The position numbers were made by a program, and so were the translations under genes. A stretch of 35,607 nt of DNA from an uncultured Desulfurococcales archaeon. Its GTDB lineage: Archaea > Thermoproteota > Thermoprotei_A > Sulfolobales > Pyrodictiaceae. Location of the stretch: assembly GCA_964476405.1 (NCBI GenBank), contig CAYZCH010000027.1:1-35607 (forward strand), written 5' to 3'. Within the stretch, counting starts at the first letter, position 1, and each line of letters begins with the position of its first letter. The notes under the pieces are model-generated. The model did not search any database and was not told the origin of the DNA. It saw nothing but the letters and a program-made list of their open reading frames with translations. This document shows positions 32,538 to 35,607 of this stretch, piece by piece.

Positions 32538-33680
32538 CTAACCACCCTCCCCCGCCGACCTCCTCCTCGTGAGCCTCCTGAGCCTAGCCCATATCGGCTT
32601 GAGGAAGCCGGGGACCTCCCCGGTCTCCTCTACATAGACGCTCCAGGCGGGTGTCTTCACGGGCTTCTCGGGGATGAGGCCCTGGGGCCTGAACGCTATC
32701 GCTATTATTATCGCGAGTCCATAGACTATGTAGTATAGGTAGCCTCCCCACAGCATGCCGTACTCCGTGGCCAGCCTCGAGCCTATTATGTAGCCGACCC
32801 TGTCCATGAGGGCGAGCAGCATCGCCCCCGCTATGGCCCCCCAGTTGTTCCCGACGCCCCCCACCAGCACCATCGCTAGTATCATGAACGTTATGTCCGG
32901 CAGGAAGTAGTCGGGGTTGACGCTTGACAGGTGGACGAGCACGTATATCGCTCCCGCGACGCCGGCCAGGAAGCTCCCTATCATCATGGCCTGCAGCCTT
33001 GAGAGGGGCACGTTCTTGCCGAGCGCCTCCGCGGCCACCTCGTCGTCCCTGACAGCCCTAAGCATCCTCCCGAAAGGCGAGTTCATGAGCTTCTCGCTGT
33101 AGTAGAGGAACAGGGCCACCAGGCCCCAGAGGAACAGTACCTTGACGACGCTGTCGGGTACGTGCAGCAGCTTAGCCGCCGGCGTGAAGTCGGGGCCCGG
33201 CAGAACCATCGAGAAGGTGCCACCCATTATCTGCTTGTCGACCCTCAGCACTATCCAGACTAGCTGGGCCGCCATCAGCAGCGCTATTGCGAGGTAGTCC
33301 TCCCGCAGCCTGACCGCAGGGAAGGTGAACAGTACGCCAAGCACCATGGCGACGACGCCGCCTATGATGCACGAGAGCACCAGCACGCCCCACGTCGCCG
33401 CAGGGTGGGACGCGTAGAGGTTCAGCAATGCATTATACTTGGCGAAGAACCCTAGGCCGCCGGGCACGACGCCCTTAACACCGAGCAGGAGGGGAGGCCC
33501 CAGCTGCGCCGCCACTATAGCCGCGGCCGCGCCGCCAGCCGCTATGAACGCCGCCTTGCCGAAGTTGGGTATGCCGGCCCACCCATACTCTATGTTCATG
33601 CTTATCGATAGCAGCGAGTAGACGGCGGCTACCGAGAGGTAGGCGAGCAGGAAGCTAACTAGCCCACCCACCGGCACCAC
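32538..33680 (-). CDS. livM: Branched-chain amino acid ABC transporter permease (LivM-type)
   Basis: It is polytopic, has the YSLLSISMNIEYGWAGIPNFGKAAF N-terminal pattern, and lies in a liv operon. Confidence 0.85.
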   Translation of the reverse strand: MVPVGGLVSFLLAYLSVAAVYSLLSISMNIEYGWAGIPNFGKAAFIAAGGAAAAIVAAQLGPPLLLGVKGVVPGGLGFFAKYNALLNLYASHPAATWGVLVLSCIIGGVVAMVLGVLFTFPAVRLREDYLAIALLMAAQLVWIVLRVDKQIMGGTFSMVLPGPDFTPAAKLLHVPDSVVKVLFLWGLVALFLYYSEKLMNSPFGRMLRAVRDDEVAAEALGKNVPLSRLQAMMIGSFLAGVAGAIYVLVHLSSVNPDYFLPDITFMILAMVLVGGVGNNWGAIAGAMLLALMDRVGYIIGSRLATEYGMLWGGYLYYIVYGLAIIIAIAFRPQGLIPEKPVKTPAWSVYVEETGEVPGFLKPIWARLRRLTRRRSAGEGG

Positions 33681-34659
33681 GGATCACCCCCCTCAACCTC
33701 CTATACAGCCTACCCCAGTTGAGGCCCGCGAGGCCCTCAGGCATGAAGAGGAGCACTGCGAGCGTCACGCCGAAGGGGACTGCGAGGGCCAGGCTGGGGT
33801 CGAGCCCATAGTTAAGCAGTATCGCCGACACCTCGTTGAACGCGAGGCCGAGTATGAAGCTGGCCACCAGGGTGCCATAGAAGCTGCCGAGGCCGCCGAG
33901 CACCGTCGCAGCGAATATCGGGAGCAGATCCATCCAGCCGAGCTCCACTATAGGCCTCTCACCAGGAGGCCCCGTCAGTATGAACATCAGGGCGCCGCCG
34001 ACAGCAGCCAATCCACCACCAATGAACCACGCCACCAGCTGCACCAGGAACACGTTTATCCCGGAGGCCTCGGCCAGCCCGGGGTTGTCGGCCACAGCCC
34101 TCATCGAGACACCTATCATAGTCCCCCTAGTGAACCATGCAACGAACAGCGTCGCTATCAGCGCGAGCAGCAGGCTCCCGAAGATACCGGCGGTCACCTC
34201 GACGCCACCTATACTCGCTATAACCGAGGACTCAGGCGTCGGCAGGGTGAGCCAGTCGAACGCACTTGCTATAAAATATAATATGAAACGCAGAACGAAC
34301 ATGAGGCCTATACTGACGACCATCAATTGGAGAGGCGTCGACCCCCTCTTCATCAGCGGCCAGAAGACGGCCGCGAACGTCGCCGCGGAGACGGCCCCGC
34401 CGATAAAGAATATCGGGATCAGCAACGCCAGCTTATCAACAGTAAACTTCGCGGGTTCAACAATATTGAAGCCGGTCACATTGTGGAAGCCGTGGAGCAG
34501 CGCCACCAGTATAAGGTATGCTATCACGCCGACGCTCACGTATTCGCCGTGGGCGAAGTTAGCGACCTTACTCACGCTGTAGTATAGCGCCAGCCCGCTC
34601 GCCATGAGGGCCAGCGCTGCGCCCCAGGCGAACGAGTAGAGCCAGAACTGCAACGCCAT
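33655..34659 (-). CDS. livH: Branched-chain amino acid ABC transporter permease (LivH-type)
   Basis: It is polytopic and has VANFAHGEY. The ATG at 34659 lies 8 nt after GGAGGTGA, and the ORF is open from the GTG at 34677. Confidence 0.85.
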   Translation of the reverse strand: MALQFWLYSFAWGAALALMASGLALYYSVSKVANFAHGEYVSVGVIAYLILVALLHGFHNVTGFNIVEPAKFTVDKLALLIPIFFIGGAVSAATFAAVFWPLMKRGSTPLQLMVVSIGLMFVLRFILYFIASAFDWLTLPTPESSVIASIGGVEVTAGIFGSLLLALIATLFVAWFTRGTMIGVSMRAVADNPGLAEASGINVFLVQLVAWFIGGGLAAVGGALMFILTGPPGERPIVELGWMDLLPIFAATVLGGLGSFYGTLVASFILGLAFNEVSAILLNYGLDPSLALAVPFGVTLAVLLFMPEGLAGLNWGRLYRRLRGVIRGAGGWAS

Positions 34660-34731
34660 AATCCACGTCACCTCCACCAGGTGGTAGCCTTCCCCCTTGC
34701 AGCCCCTCGCCCCTCACAGCGGCGGCTCTCC

Positions 34732-34739
34732 TTAAAAAT
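34732..34739 (-). promoter_or_regulatory. Candidate TATA box for livHMGF
   Basis: The minus strand reads ATTTTTAA. It is the only AT-rich element upstream of livH, which implies a leader of about 45-50 nt. Confidence 0.35.
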
Positions 34740-34770
34740 GTTAGCAGGTGGTCTATGTGTAGGATTTGTT

Positions 34771-34782
34771 CCCATTAATGGG
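34771..34782. promoter_or_regulatory. Perfect 12-bp palindrome CCCATTAATGGG in the liv divergent promoter (candidate regulator site)
   Basis: The sequence is its own reverse complement and lies midway between the two candidate TATA boxes. Confidence 0.4.
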
Positions 34783-34838
34783 TATAGATATGGACATAAT
34801 TCATACCAGTATTTTACCTATCTATAAAGCCGGTTAGA

Positions 34839-34847
34839 ATTTAAATA
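34839..34847 (+). promoter_or_regulatory. Candidate TATA box for the LivJ-type binding-protein gene
   Basis: ATTTAAATA lies about 45 bp upstream of the ATG at 34888. A second TATA-like CTATAAAG lies at 34822-34829. Confidence 0.45.
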
Positions 34848-34887
34848 GTGGGAGGCCCGGCTCACTGGCCCAGAGGGTTTGAAAGCC

Positions 34888-35607
34888 ATGAGGAGGCTTC
34901 TCCGCGGCCACACACCAACCGGCCTACTCATAGCCCTGTTCATCATAGGACTGATAATAGGCGCAGCAGCAGCCTACTTCGCCGCCAAGCCCGGCGCGAC
35001 CAAGACAGTCACCGTGACGAAGACGGTGACTGGTGGGGGAGGCGGAGGAGGAACAGTGACCGTAACCGTCACTAAGACTATGGCGGCTGGCGGTGGAGGG
35101 AAGGGGGCAGGCGGCCTGAAGGGCGAGATACCTATCGGGATCCTGCTCCCCCAGACAGGCAGCCTGGCCGCCGACGGCAAGGACATGGTCGCCGCCGCCA
35201 AGAAGGCTATAGATGACTTCAACAACTTCCTGGCGGAGATAGGGGCGCCGTTCAGGTTCAAGGCGGTCGTCGCAGACACTGGCACCAACCCTGAAAAGGC
35301 GCTGGCCGGCCTGCAGACCCTCTACAGCCAGTACGGAGTACAGGTCGTCGTCGGTACCGCGAGCAGCTGGGTTCTGAGCGGAGTAATGAACTACGCCAAC
35401 AAGCACCACATAGTGATGATAAGCCCGAGCAGCACCAGCCCCGCCCTCGCGATACCAGACTACATATTCAGGGTTGTGGGCAACGACGCCGGGCAGGGTA
35501 AGGCGCTGGCCACACTAGTCCACAGCAGCGGCTTCAACGGGGCGGTGGTGATATTCAGGGACGAGGCGTACGGCAGGGGCATAGCAGAGTACTTCAAGAA
35601 GTACTTC
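34888..35607 (+). CDS. Branched-chain amino acid ABC transporter substrate-binding protein (LivJ/K family); 3' end lies outside the window
   Basis: This gene is not in the ORF track because no stop is reached. My translation from the ATG at 34888 reads MRRLLRGHTPTGLLIALFIIGLIIGAAAAYF (TM anchor), then TKTVTVTKTVTGGGGGGGTVTVTVTKT (linker). It continues IPIGILLPQTGSLAADGKDMVAAAKKAIDDFN...VVVGTASS...MISPSSTSPAL...FRVVGNDAGQGKALA, typical of type-I periplasmic binding proteins. Confidence 0.85.
   Translation, partial: MRRLLRGHTPTGLLIALFIIGLIIGAAAAYFAAKPGATKTVTVTKTVTGGGGGGGTVTVTVTKTMAAGGGGKGAGGLKGEIPIGILLPQTGSLAADGKDMVAAAKKAIDDFNNFLAEIGAPFRFKAVVADTGTNPEKALAGLQTLYSQYGVQVVVGTASSWVLSGVMNYANKHHIVMISPSSTSPALAIPDYIFRVVGNDAGQGKALATLVHSSGFNGAVVIFRDEAYGRGIAEYFKKYF

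Noticed and set aside
34848-35075. 75-aa plus-strand ORF upstream of or overlapping the LivJ-type gene
   Set aside because: It is in the wrong frame and translates to Arg/His/Asp-rich junk. The +1 frame from the ATG at 34888 gives a canonical anchor, linker and binding-protein sequence that stays open to the window end.
1-35607. CRISPR arrays, tRNA or rRNA genes, IS elements, toxin-antitoxin or known defence cassettes
   Set aside because: No spaced direct repeats, cloverleaf-capable intergenic segments, transposase-like ORFs or terminal inverted repeats were seen. The longest intergenic gaps are 128-229 bp and are accounted for as promoter or leader regions.

Overview
GC-rich, almost fully coding archaeal chromosomal window. 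All calls come from reading the translated ORFs and intergenic DNA by eye; no searches were run. The r-protein/RNA-polymerase operon, frequent GTG/TTG starts and TATA boxes about 30 bp upstream of start codons suggest a hyperthermophilic crenarchaeon, possibly Desulfurococcales/Pyrodictiaceae-like. That taxon is inference only.

Contents, left to right:
1. 1-9760: a Ni-CO dehydrogenase plus group-4 membrane [NiFe]-hydrogenase locus. It has HycC-like (5' truncated) and HycD-like membrane subunits, then a divergent CorR-like/CorQ-like (V4R) regulator pair. These are followed by cooF, cooS, cooC, a small cooT-like gene, a fused NuoC+NuoD-type large subunit, a HycF-like ferredoxin subunit and a HycG-like small subunit.
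2. 9851-15241: the conserved archaeal cluster rps13-rps4-rps11-rpoD-rpl18e-rpl13-rps9-rpoN-rps2-rps28e-rpl24e-ndk.
3. 15210-21800, minus strand: the histidine operon hisG-A-B-F-D-E-H-I, with hisC just upstream.
4. 21869-24329: a 92-aa four-Cys protein, a membrane-anchored PEBP-family protein, and a 476-aa protein with archaeo-eukaryotic-primase-like motifs.
5. 24393-28571: an AbrB-PhoU regulator divergent from pstS-pstC-pstA, with no pstB.
6. 28568-31060: an ACT-domain protein, an uncharacterised P-loop ATPase and a XerA-type tyrosine recombinase.
7. 31037-35607: livF-G-M-H on the minus strand, divergent from a 3'-truncated LivJ-type binding protein.

No rRNA, tRNA, CRISPR array or clear mobile element was seen.

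Most interesting candidates:
- the CO-dehydrogenase module and its CorQR-like sensor pair sitting inside a hyc-ordered hydrogenase operon
- the orphan AEP-like protein
- the ATPase-xerA pair
- several structured divergent promoter regions
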